Shown: piece by piece, positions 13,020-25,333 of the stretch | Layout: every line of letters starts with the position of its first letter | Position numbering within the stretch: position 1 is the first letter of the stretch | Source of the DNA: Malacoraja senta | Lineage: Eukaryota | Reading direction: 5' to 3' | Length of the DNA: 64,000 nt | Assembly (NCBI GenBank): GCA_038087875.1 | Contig: CM075999.1 | Coordinates: 994,001-1,058,000, forward strand | Notes under the pieces: model-generated | What the model was told of the DNA's origin: nothing | The model's database searches: none | Seen by the model: only the letters and a program-made list of their open reading frames with translations | Program-made: the position numbers and the translations under genes

Positions 13020-13965
13020 GGCATTGGTATTGGTTTAATACTGTCTTGTTACGTGCACCGAGATACAGTGAAAAACATTGTTTTTGCCTGCTATCCAGGC
13101 AATCATACCATACATGGATACAACAGGTAAAGTAAAAGAGAAAATAAATAGACTGCAGAGTATAGTATTATAGCTACAGAGAAATTACATATATCAAAAA
13201 AAATACAAGGACCACAACAAGATAGATTGGGAGATAGGGAGTTCAGTCTTAGCACATTCAAGTCTGATAACAGCTGGAAAGAAGCTGTTCTTGAATTTGG
13301 TTGCACATGCTTTTAAGCTTTTGTATCTTTTGCGTGATGGGAGTGGTACGAAGGGAAATGAACAGGGTGTGAGTGATCCTTGATTATGTTGGCTGCTTTC
13401 CTCAGGCAATAGAAAGTGTGGATGGAGTTGGTAGGAGGGGGAGACTTGTTTGCGTGATGCATCCACAACATTTATTTCTTAGGGTTCATGCACGGAGCTG
13501 TTGCCATACCAGATGGGAGGCTTTTTATGGTTGATTTGTATAAATTGGGTTTCTGGAGACATGCTGAATTTCCTTAGTCTTCTGAGGAAGTAGAGGTTTT
13601 TGTGTTCTTTCCGGGCCATAGCTTCAATGCAGTTGGTCTACGACGAATTGTTAGTGATAGTTACACATAGGCATTTGAAACTCTCAATCATCTCCACTTT
13701 AGCCCCATCGATGCAGGCTGGGGCGTATGCGCCACCCGGCTTCCTGGAGTCGATGACCAGCTCCTTCGTTTTGCTGACATTAAGGGAAAGGTTGCTGACT
13801 TCACACCGACTGCTAAGTTCTTGATTGCCTTCCTGTACTCCGTCTCATCATCGTTGGAGATCTGGCCAACTATAGTGGTGTCGCCTGCAAACTTATAAAT
13901 GGAGTTCTAGCGAAATTTGGCTTCACAGTCACAAGTGTAAAGGGAGTATAGTAACGAACTGAGAG
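13020..13965 (-). mobile_element. Degraded Rex1/Babar-type LINE 3' fragment
   Basis: Reverse strand encodes LSLNVSKTKELVID-like and PLPSRKRYKSLK..KFKNSFFPAVIRL motifs. Confidence 0.65.
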
Positions 13966-15685
13966 CAACACAATTGACATTCCCAATTGATAGCTGACTT
14001 TCCCAAACAGAGCAAGTTAGAGAAAGTTTGGAGCAATTTGAGGATCTGAGTCTTAGTATACAGTTATAAATTTAAAAAGAAATAGTGAAGTAAAGAAGGT
14101 TAGGACACCATGCATAATTGATGAAACATGCAAGGAATTTCCAAATGTCTTCAACAGTAGGCTAAAGAGTATGTAAGCGAAACTACAAATACATGTAAGA
14201 GCAGCCTGTTGCACAAGGCTGGAAATCCCCATTCCCACTCAAAGAAAATTGAAAATAAACTAAATGACTTAATGGAAAATTGTAGGTGAAAGGCAGATTA
14301 TTCTAGCATTCGAGTCTCAGTGACAGTGGTTAGTAACAATGTAGAAATAGGGTAAGATTAATACTGATGTGCTGAAAATGAATGAAATTAATACAAAGCA
14401 GAATAGAACTTGGTCTGACTCTGTAAACATGCAGAAAATTATAATCTGCAGTGTCAATTCACATTGTTTCCTAGGATCTTGTCAGAGGCTGAGGTGTAAG
14501 AGCATTTCACACAATAAGGCATAAAAGCCAGCTTCAGTTCTGTAGTGTGCTAGATGGTGTTTTGATATATACAGTACGTCCTATCAAGAACACAATGCTG
14601 AGTCAAAGACCGTAACAACCAAAAAGAAAGGACATATGAAAAATACATTTTTATTTCAGTGCGAAAAGATTTCCTTGTTTGAAATTGGCAGACCTTGGTT
14701 GTAAGATTGGACAGTTCAATCTCACAGGCATTGGTACAGACCCTGCCTGAAGTGGAAACCACAAATGTATTTTTTAAATGTGAATCATACAGTTTGGAAA
14801 AATGGTTGCTCATACAGGTCCGATTTCTGAAGAATGGGCAGATGAAGCTTCAACACAAATGTTAATGGCAGCATTGCCAGATTAAGTGCCAAAGGTCTAC
14901 AGGGAGTCATACTGTGCATCAGCAGGAATAAACTCGCCCAGTAACCCTTAAACAAAGGTCCCAACAAATTAAATTGCATTATAATGTAATTTTTGCCTAA
15001 TATGATCACATTTTTATTTTTTAAATGAATTTAGCATGCAAACAGAAGATATAGTGCACCATCGATTATAGGACTTCAATCATAACACCAAGTGCCGGAG
15101 AAAATCAGCAGGTCAGGCAATATCTGTGGAGGAAATGGACAGGTGACATTCCGGGTCAGGACCCTTCTTTAGACGTAGAAGAAGTTGTCCATTCCCTCCA
15201 CAGATGTTTCCTGACCCATTGCGTTCCTCCAGCACTTCATGTTTTGTTCAAGATTCCAGCATGTAAGTTCCTTATGCTTCCTGGGACATTAGTCATTTGC
15301 TTCAAAAGTTCCATTGCACATTTATATTGCAGATCCAGTTTAGATACTAGTAATTGATGACTATCATTTTGGTATTGAGGGGGAATTCGGTGACATTAAC
15401 TTTGTTGATTGTTTAGAGGAGGAATTTAGAATCCTTTTTGGGGTGGTTATTGTCACCGTCTTGTCTGAGTTGAACATTATTTACCACTGAATTGTTCAAG
15501 CCTGAACATTGACAAGGTATGCTGCATGCATTTGATCGCTAATTGATTCATTCATAAGTTCATAAGTGATAGGAGCAGAATTAGGCCATTTGGCCCATCA
15601 AGACTACTCCACCATTCAATCATGGTTGATCAATCTTTCTCTCTTAACCCCATTCTCCTGCCTTCTCCCCAAAACCCCTGACACC

Positions 15686-16200
15686 GGGGCAGGGGTGACC
15701 TGTATAAAAGGGACAGGTTGCACCTTAACTGGAGGGGGAACAACATCCTAGCGGAAAGGTTTGCTAATGCTACATGGGAGAGTTTAAACTAGATTGGCAG
15801 GGGGGTGGGATCTCGTGCAGGACAGAGGCATGTGAGAGGTTAGAAGTTGGTATGGAGGGTGGTGTGGGAAAAGTTAGTGGACAGAATAGGCAGGTGAAAG
15901 GCAGAGAGCGAGGAAGGAGGGTTGGCTTAAACTGCACGTATTTTAATGCAAGGGGCCTGACGGGTAAGGCAGATGAGCTTAGAGCATGGATAGGTACAAG
16001 CGACTGGAACGTTGTAGCCATGACTGAAACCTGGTTAAGGGAGGGGCAGGACTGGCAGCTCAATGATCCGGGGTACAGGAGCTTCAGGAGAGACAGGGGT
16101 GAAGGAAAAAGAGGAGGGGGGTTGCATTGTTGGTTAAGGAGGATGTCACGGCTGTGTTCAGAGGTGACATTACGGATGGTTCATCTAGTGAGACTATATG
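15686..16200 (+). mobile_element. CR1 LINE fragment: ORF1 end/APE endonuclease start
   Basis: LNCTYFNARGLTGKADELRAWI..VVAMTETWL..GYRSFRRDR..RGGG. Confidence 0.8.
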
Positions 16201-16854
16201 GGTATTGGGTATATGGGTACCATTACACAGACAAAATTAAAACTAGCCATAATTCTTCCAGCTGCTATCATATAATAATGAAATCAGAAATCAGGTATGA
16301 AATGTATCTTTGGTAGGTTTCTTCAAAAATATTCATGTTGCAAGCAGCTGAAGTCTATTAGGTTTACATGAGAGTTTGGATGGCAGTGCAAAATGTGCCA
16401 TCGGATCACCATGATGAAAATCCATACCCAAACCCATGCCCATGCTGGCAGGTACACACAAAAGGTGCTCATCCATGCATTATTATTATTTCAGCTTCCA
16501 GTGAGAGCTGACAGAACTATGTGTCCTAGCGAGTATCCATGAGATTTTGAGTGTTGAACATAATAGCATGATGGTGCAGTCTAGCACTGGTATTGTAGTT
16601 GCAGAATTGATCAAAGTCAGTCTGTCCCTTTCTCCACCCTAAGTAAACAACTCTCGTTGCAGCCACTGGGATAGTATAGTGTGGGAGGTGTAAGACAAGC
16701 AAAGGCGGGTGTTTAGGATATGTGGAGGAGTGATTAATTGGTGCTTGAATGTATTTTTGGCTTGATTGGGTGGGTAAATAAGATTTATAACATTTAATTT
16801 CAGTTGTGCTCAAACAGATGTTAGGATAATCAGAAAGTAATGTGGTAATCAGAA

Positions 16855-17310
16855 GGACGCAGTCCAGACCATCACACAAACCAACCTCCCTTCTATTGAT
16901 TCCATTTACACCGCAAGCTGCCTCGGCGAGGCCAGCAGCATAATGAAGGATATATCGTACCTGGCCACTCCCTCTTCTCCCCTCTCCCATCAGGGAAAGG
17001 GTACAGAAGTGTGAAAATGCACACCTCCAGTTTCAGGGACAGTTTGTTCCCAGCTGTTATCAGGCAACTGAATCATCCGACCACAAACAGAGAGCAGTGC
17101 TGAACTACTATCTACCTCATTGATGACCCTCAGATTATCATTAATCAGACTGTTGGCTTTACCTTGCACTGAACATTATTCTCTTATCATGTATCTTTAC
17201 GCTGCAAATGACTCAATTGTAACCTTGTATTGGCTTTCCGCTGACTGGATAGCACACAACAAAAGCTTTACCCTGTACCTCAGTACACGTGACAATAAAC
17301 TAAACTGAAC
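16855..17310 (+). mobile_element. Rex1/L2-type LINE 3' tail fragment
   Basis: Encodes LPSGKGYRSVK..FRDSLFPAVIR-like end; tail GTGACAATAAACTAAACT. Confidence 0.6.
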
Positions 17311-18609
17311 TGGAAATTATGGTGGAATGAGGGATATTTAATTCACCTGTGAAATAAGAATTGCTCTAAGGTTGACTGAATATCCTTTGAATTACCCTGC
17401 AGAGCTTCTTCTCGAATTCTATAGTGAGCATAATGAATAGTTTTCACTGTGTGACAATGAGGAACACAGACATATTTCTAAGTTAGGATGGTATGAAACT
17501 TTGTGGTAAACAGTTAGTAGTGTTTCCAAGTACTTGTTGCATAGTCCTTCTCATTGTGAAAGGAAATGGGTGTTAAAGATGCTCGGTCAGAATTAATGGG
17601 AAGTTTCGGTAGCATGTTTTTTTGACAGTTGTTATTGCTTCACTGTTCTGCCAAAGCTGGGGTTGCCATTTCAGGAGTCTTGCCCTGGATGTGGCCAATA
17701 ATTTTGTGTGCTGATGGGCCTCACTGAGGCATGTACATAAACTAATAATCGCACTCCAGGTTTGTACGTGCCTTGTAAATTCTGCAATGAAAATTTGCAA
17801 GATGGCCAAAGTCTGTAGAGGTTCTGCTGCTGCTATGAAGTGATGATTGAGATATGCCACACACCACAACCACAATAGCAGCCACAGAGCCAGGCAAGGA
17901 ACACTTCCCGTGGCAGCGAATTTGACGATGCTCTTTGATTTCTTTGATTTAGTAGCTTTCCCAGCAATATGCTAGGGCCAGCAACCTCACCAAAATGTAG
18001 TACCCTGCTGCATTAGGAAGGTGACATGCTTCCACTGAAGGAGGAATGTTATTTGCTTTTCCTTCGGTAAAGAGAGGCAGGTGGCAGTGGACAAGATTTT
18101 GAACTTCTCTACAGTGCAGGTTGTAAGTGGCTCCATCCTTATTTACTTGGAGTCCTCTTAAGATGGGAAGGGTGGTGGGTATGTGGAATGAGCTGCTGGA
18201 GTAAGTTGTTGAGGCAGAAACTGTAACAACATTTAAAAGGCATGTGGAGAGGGACATGGATGGGAAATGTTTTGAGGGATATGTACCAAAAGAGGGCAGG
18301 TGGGACTTGTGTAGATGGGGCACCTTGGACAAGTTGGGCCAAAGGTCTTGTTTCCGTGCTATCTGACTCCATGACCTGTCTACCGACCTACATTTGAGTC
18401 CTGTGAGGACTCTGTCCACAAGGGTATATGTATGTTCAATGAGAGATATGCTGTCACCTGCTGTAGAATGGAGCAAATCCTGGTGTGTTCACCCAACAGT
18501 TCTACTGTCCTGGATGGATGTTGCAGTAACAATGGAGAGTATGCTGATTCACGGTCACTCTCAGCATCCTCTGCAAATAGACAGTCACACAAGTGTGGTC
18601 TTTGTCAGT

Positions 18610-18701
18610 AGGTAGACAAAAATGCTGGAGAAACTCAGCGGGTGAGGCAGCATCTATGGAGCGAAGGAAATAGGCAACGTTTCAGGCCGAAACCCTTCTT
18701 C
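18610..18701 (-). mobile_element. Short Penelope-terminus-derived insert with hammerhead-like motif
   Basis: 18-bp direct repeat AGTGTGGTCTTTGTCAGT at 18592-18609 and 18702-18719; minus strand CTGAAGAAGGGTTTCGGCCTGAAACGTT. Confidence 0.8.
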
Positions 18702-18909
18702 AGTGTGGTCTTTGTCAGTGGCTGTTTAGCTGAAGGAGAAGGATGCAAAGAAGGAACAAGGGGAAAAGTAGAATAGGAGGAGGTGTAAAGAGGCAAATGA
18801 TGTTAGAAACTCATTATTGCTCAGTGGTCAAGCAGAATCAGATCCTATCCTGATTTCAGTGTGGAGATATCTGAGCTGATTGCAATGGTTCATACACTCT
18901 TTAGCCAGT

Positions 18910-21395
18910 CATAAAGTCAAAGAGTGATACAGTGTGGAACCAGGTCCCTCGGCCCAACTCGCTCACACCGGCCAACAATGTCCCAGCTACTCTAGCCCCA
19001 CCTGCCTGCGTTTGATCCATATACCTCCAAATCTGTCCTATCCATGTACCTGTCTAACTGTTTCTTAAACGATGGGATAGTCCCAGTCTCAACCACCTCC
19101 TCTGGCAGCTTGTACCATGCACCCACCACCCTTTGTGTGAAAAAGTTACTCCTCGGATTTCCGTTAAATCTTTTCCCCTTCACCTTGAACCTATGTCCTC
19201 TGGTCCTCAATTCCCCTACTCTGGGCAAAAGACTCTGTGCATCTACCCGATCTATTCCTCTCATGATTTTGTATACCTCTAGAAGATTTCCCCTCATCCT
19301 CCTGTGTTCCATGGAATAGAGACCCAGCCTACTCAACCTCTCCATATAGCTCACACCCTCTAGTCCTGGCAACATCCTCGTAAATCCTTTCTGAACCCTC
19401 TCAAGCTAGATAATATCTTTCCTATAACATGGTGCCCAGAACTGAACACAATATTTTAAATACAGCCTTTTTGACCACCTTATATGCCTGCGACTCGATC
19501 TTCAAGGAACCATGCACCTGTACTCCTCGATCCATCTGCTCTACAACACCACCCAGAGGCCTACCATTTACTGTGGGTCCTGCCCTTGTTCGACATACCG
19601 AAATGTAACACCTCGTACTTCTCTCTATTAAAATTCCATCAACCATTCCTCCTCCCACCTGGCCAATCGATCCAGATCCTGCTGCAATCATTCACAACCA
19701 TCTTCACTATCTGCAAAACCACTAACTTTCGTAACATCAACAAACTTGCTAATCTTGCCCTGTATGTTCTCATCCAAATCATTGATGTAGATGACAAACA
19801 GTAACGGGCCTAGCACCGAACCCTGAGGCACACCACTAGTCACAGGCATCCACACTGAGAAGCAACCTTCCACTATTACCCTCTGCTTCCTTCCATGGAG
19901 CCAATTTGCTATCCATTCAGCTATCTCTCCTTGGATCGCATGCGATCTAACCTTCCAGAGCAGCCTACCATGCGGAACCTTGTCGAACGCCTTACTGAAG
20001 TCCATGTACACAACATCTACAGCTCTGCCCTCATCAACCTTTTTGGTCACGTCTTCAAAAAAATCAATCAGATTTGTTAGACACGACCTCCCACGTACAA
20101 AACCATGCTGACTGTCCCTAATCAGCCCTTGCCCATCCAAATGCCTGTATATACTATCCCTCAAAATACTCTCTAGTAACTTACCAACTACAGATGTTAA
20201 GCTCACCGGCCTATAGTTCCCATCATTTTCCCTGCAGCCCTTCTTGAAAAGAGGTCCAACATTTGCCACCCTCCAGTCGTCTGGCAACTCTCCTATTATT
20301 AAGGACGATTCGTAAATTTCAACCAAGGTTCCCGCAATTTCCTCTCTAGTTTCCCACAATGTCCTCGGATATATCAGATCAGGCCTTGGAGATTTGTCTA
20401 CCTTCAAACACGACAATACCTTCAGTACTTCTTCGACAGTAACCCTGACTGCACTCAAGACACTTCCAGTGACTGCTCCAATTTCCTCCGTCCAACTGTG
20501 TTTCTCCTCAGTAAATAGGAGGAGAAATACTCATTTAGGACCTTGCCCATGTCCTGTGGCTCCTGTGATTCCTGAGAGGTCCCACTCTCTCTCTAGTTAC
20601 CCTTTGCCCCTTTATGTATTTATAAAATCTTTTGGGATTGTCCTTAATGCTACCCATCAGAGCTATCTCCTGGTCCCCTTTTGCCCTTCTGATTTCCTTT
20701 TTTAGTTTACTCCTTTGTTCCCGAAACTCCTCCAGGGACGCACTTGATCCCAGCTGCCTATTCCTGTCCCATGTATCCTTCTTGTCTCAATTTCCCTAGT
20801 CAGCCAAGCTTCCTTACGTTTGCCTGCTTTGACCTTCACTCTAACGGGGACGTACACATCCTTGGCTTTCTTCAGTACACCTTCAAAAACATCCCATTTG
20901 GCTGATGTTCTTTTCCCCTCTAATAACAAGCTCTAGTTAACTTGAGTGAGACATTCTCTCATACCCTTAGTTGGCCTTACCCCAGTTGAGCATTTTAACA
21001 TGTGGACCCTCTCCGTCCCTATCCATAACTATCTTAAACCTAATCGAACTGTGGTCACTGGTCCTAAAAGGCTCCTTCATAAACACTTCATTAACTTGCC
21101 CTTCCCAATTTCCCAACACTAGATGCAGCATGCCCTCTCATGTGTGAGGGGCTCCATGTACTGCTTAAGAAAATTATCCTGAACACTTTTGAGGACCCCA
21201 TCTGAACTCTTCACGCTATGATTTTCCCAGTATATAGTGAGAAAGTTAAAATCCCCTAGGACAACAACATTATTTGACCTGCAGCTGTCTGCAATCTCCA
21301 GGCACATTTGTTCTTCTAATTCCCGTTGACTATTCGGGGGTCTGTAGTACACCCCCAACAAAGTGAACATTCCTTTCTTGTTCCTCAGCTCTATT
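18910..21395 (-). mobile_element. Long degraded CR1 LINE (APE end, RT, C-terminus, 3' tail)
   Basis: GVYYRPPN, LGDFN, NYRPVSLTSVVGKLLESI, QHGFVRGRSCLTNL, DFSKAFDKVPH, SGVPQGSVLGPLLFVIYINDL, FFTQRVVGAW; frameshifts and deletions. Confidence 0.92.
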
Positions 21396-22099
21396 ACACA
21401 GTACAATGGGTAATGTGTAATTCAGCAAATGTGTAAAACGGAGGCAGAAGAGACTGCTGGAATCTGTAACCAGAAAATAGAGTGCAGCTGGAGGAACTCA
21501 GCAGGTCAAGCAGTATCTGTGGAGGGAAATGGACATTCAAAGGACTCCAGGCTAGATGAATAACTCAACCCAAAACATTGACTGTCCACTTTCCTCCACA
21601 AATTTTCTGCCACAGAAGGCAGTGGAGGCCAATTCGCTGGATGTTTTCAAGAGAGGGTCACATATAGCTCTCAGAGCTAACAGAATCAAGGGATATGTGC
21701 AGAAAGCAAGAACAGGGTACTGATTTTGGCTGATCAGCCATGATCATTTTGAATGGCGGTGCTGGCTTGAAGGGCCATATGGACTACTCCTGCACCTATT
21801 TTCTATGTTTCTATGTTTCTAAACACGGGGGAGCTGTCTTTGAGGGAGCTGTTTTTGAGCATAAATGGAAGCCACATTTTGCACTGAAACTCAAGTACGA
21901 CACAACAGTCAAAAAAGTTTGCAGAAATCCCCATCCATCCCCCATAATAGAAACCTTTCTCCCACGTAAATTTTGAAAATAAAACATTTGCTTTGCTAAA
22001 CACTTTTTCACTTAGATTTGGTTTGATGAGGTGGTATAAGGCATGTTTAGAAGATGGTTAATTTTAATATTATCAGATAATTAAAAATAAAACAGAAAC

Positions 22100-23115
22100 A
22101 ATATCACAGAGACATATGGCACATACATACCCTTCAGCCCAAATTGTGCATGCCAACCCAGATGTCCATCTACACAAATCACATTTTAATGCATTTGGCC
22201 CATATCTCTCAATTCCTTTGCTATTCATATACAGTATCTACGCATTTTAAACACTGTAATTGCATCTGCCTCTACCACCTCCTCTGGAAGTTCCTTCTAT
22301 ATACCTACCACCTTGTGTGAGAAACTTGCCACTCATGTTTCCTTTAAATTTCTCCCCCCTCACCTTAAGCCTATGTCCTCCAGTTTTAGACTACCCTACC
22401 CTGGAAAATAAAACTCTGACGACCTCCCCTATCTAAGTACCTCTTAATTTGGTAAATCCCTATCAGGTCAATCCTGTGCCTCCTGCACTCCAGTTAGAAC
22501 AATCATAGCCTATCCAATCCCTCTTAGTAACTAAAGCCCTCAATTCCAGACATGATCCTGGTGAAACTCTTCTGCATTTTCTAGCACGATCAGTTCCTTT
22601 CTATAGTATGTTAATGAGAATTACACATACAATATTCCAAGTGTGGCCTAACCAAAGTCTTGTAATGAGCTTGTTAGAGCCAGAAAGTTTGTAAAGCAGT
22701 AATTATAGATCATAATGCTAGTAAAGTTTATTTTACTTACCACAAGCCAAAACGTTTACAGGGATGTTTACTTTAAGAATGGTTCTCATCAGATCAGTGA
22801 TTATGCTGAAAAGAGCATATTAGTTATAGGTTGGACAAATTTGTATTGTTTTCCCTGGTGCTTCGGAGGTTGAGGGGAGACCTAAGAGAAGTATATAAAA
22901 TTATGAGAGGTACAGATAAAGTAGATAGTCAGAACCTTTTGCCAGGGTGGAAATATCCAACACTAGAGGGCATAGCTTTAAGATCAAGGTTTAAAATTTA
23001 AAGGAGAAATGCAAGGCAAGTTTTTTATGTAGCAAGTGGTGGATGCCCGGAATGCGCCAAGGATGGTTGGGGAAACAGATACTATATAGGTATTTAAGAG
23101 ACTTTTAGAAAGGCC
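22100..23115. mobile_element. Two old CR1 3' fragments in opposite orientation (22100-22660 minus; 22825-23115 plus)
   Basis: LRGDLREVYKIMRG..TRGHSFK-type coding remnants. Confidence 0.65.
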
Positions 23116-23497
23116 CAGGAACAAGCACAGCATAACAAACATATTTTTTCATTATCTAGAAAATATAAAAATGTCAGCACCTAATGGGCTGTTTGATTAA
23201 TTTCCATGAAGCTGTTGAATTCTGACGAGTAGACAAAACGAAGTGCCGATGCTGAAATCTCGAGCAAAACACAATGTACTGGGAGTAACTCAGCGGGTCA
23301 GGCTGTATCTGTGGAGAATGGATGGATGACATTTTGGGTAAGGACCCTTATTCAGACCAATGGTAGTAGTGAGGAGAAAAGTGGAAAATAGAGGTGTGGA
23401 TGTGACAAAGCATGGCAAGTGTCTATCCTGGCAAGTGATTGGTGAATGCATGTGGTCGAGGGAGTTAGGTTGGCAGAAGGGACGAGTGAATGACTTA

Positions 23498-23930
23498 AGG
23501 GCCTGTCCCACGACTGCATGCGGCAAGCGCGACCAAACCGGAAGCGGGGGCCGCGCAGGGGCCGCGTGGAGGTCGAGTGATCCCCGTACAGGGCCAGTCC
23601 CACCAGCATGTGACTGCATGCGGCGAGCGCGACCAAACCGAAAGCGGGGGCCGCGCGGATGTCGAGTGAGTGACGTGAAGTTCGAGCGAAGTCCGCGGGA
23701 AGTTCACGCGTGACGTACATGCGCACGCCCGTCGAGGCGGTGCGTGCGGCGTCGAGGCGGCGCGGAATTTTTGAACAGTGTCAGTTTTTCGGAGCCCCGC
23801 GCGATGTCAGGACCAGCTCCGCACAACTCCGGCGATCGAAGTGGGACCGGCCCTGCGAGGCTGTACGGCTCAAGCGACCACGTTAGGTCGCGCTTGCCGC
23901 ATGCAGTCGCATGCTCGTGGGACAGGCCCT
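23498..23930. mobile_element. GC/CpG-rich Harbinger-type MITE
   Basis: TIR AGGGCCTGTCCCACGA / TCGTGGGACAGGCCCT flanked by TTA and TAA; internal ~50-bp direct repeat (23512-23556, 23612-23656). Confidence 0.8.
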
Positions 23931-23941
23931 TAAGGCTAGAG

Positions 23942-24141
23942 NNNNNNNNNNNNNNNNNNNNNNNNNNNNNNNNNNNNNNNNNNNNNNNNNNNNNNNNNNN
24001 NNNNNNNNNNNNNNNNNNNNNNNNNNNNNNNNNNNNNNNNNNNNNNNNNNNNNNNNNNNNNNNNNNNNNNNNNNNNNNNNNNNNNNNNNNNNNNNNNNNN
24101 NNNNNNNNNNNNNNNNNNNNNNNNNNNNNNNNNNNNNNNNN
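23942..24141. other. Assembly gap (200 N)
   Basis: Run of N. Confidence 1.
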
Positions 24142-24254
24142 TATGTTCACCTTAACTAAGCCCACTGAGAATTTATAAACCTCTCTAAGGTCACCCCTCA
24201 CCTTCCCATGCGCCAAGGAATAAAGACACAGCTTATCCACCCTCTCTTTAGAGA

Positions 24255-24552
24255 TTAGACGTTAGAGATACAGCATGGGAACAGGCCGTTCGGCCCACCG
24301 AGTCCGTGCCGATCAGCGGTCAACCCTACACCAGCACTATCCTACACACCAGGGACAATTTACAATTTTACTGAAGCCAATTAACCTACAGACCTGTATG
24401 TCATTGGAGTGTGGGAGGAAACCGGAGCACCCGGCGAAAACCCACGTGGTCACAGGGAGAACGTAAAAATTCCGTGCAGACAGCACTGGTAGTCAGGATG
24501 GAAAAGCAGGTCTCTGGCGCTGTAAGGCAGTAACTCTACCGCTGCGCCACTG
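24255..24552 (-). mobile_element. HE1-like tRNA-derived V-SINE
   Basis: Reverse strand A-box TGGCGCAGCGG, V-core, CR1-like 3' tail. Confidence 0.8.
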
Positions 24553-25333
24553 TTCTTGTAACTCAAGCTCTCTAGTCTTGGTAATAGCCCCATAAATCTC
24601 TTTTAGAACCTTCCCAGTTTAATGACATCATTCTTAGAGCAGGGTGACAAGAACTTCACACAGTACTCCATAAGTGACCTTCCCTATATCTTGTACAGTT
24701 AGTAAATATCGGTGTGAGTAAACATTCATCAAAGTAGAAAGACGGCGTGCGTGGGTTAGGTAGTTCTGCTGCAATTTTGCCATGTGACTTTGGTGTGATC
24801 ACATCAGTATCCTTTATCTAAGGAATCGTATACTCAGCATGGAAGCAATAAACTTAATTTCACCAGATTGATGGGATTTGCTATTTCAGGGGAGGTTGAG
24901 TAAGATTGCCTGACATCCTCCAAAGGATACAAAGTGCTGGAGCGACTCAGTGGTTCCAGCACCATATACTGCCTGACCCACTGAGTTACTCCGGCAATTT
25001 GTGTCCTTTTGTGTAAAGCAGCACCCGCAGTTCCTTGTCTCCACTGCCTGACATTCACTGCAGTTAAGAAGATTTAAAGTAAATTGACGGACCACTCATG
25101 AACACGTTGGAAACACTCAGAAGGTCAGGCAGTATTCGATGTGGATCAAAATGCAGTTAAACTTTCATGTTGATGGCCTATCATTGGAGTTGGTAAAAGG
25201 GCTTTGGCAGAAGTACAGAATGTGCCAGGTTTTGACCTTGCCTCTGTAACAGCTTTAGGTTTGGTTTTATTTACTGTGAAGCACCTTTGCAGAGTGTTCA
25301 ATGCAAAAGGATCCATATAATCCATATAATCCT

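Noticed and set aside
18380..18592. Minus ORF DCLFAEDA..
   Set aside because: Resembles a decayed LINE RT 'LFADD' motif, not a host exon; too degraded to classify
23290..24240. ORFs across the GC-rich MITE and the N gap
   Set aside because: Artefacts of GC-rich repeat and N run
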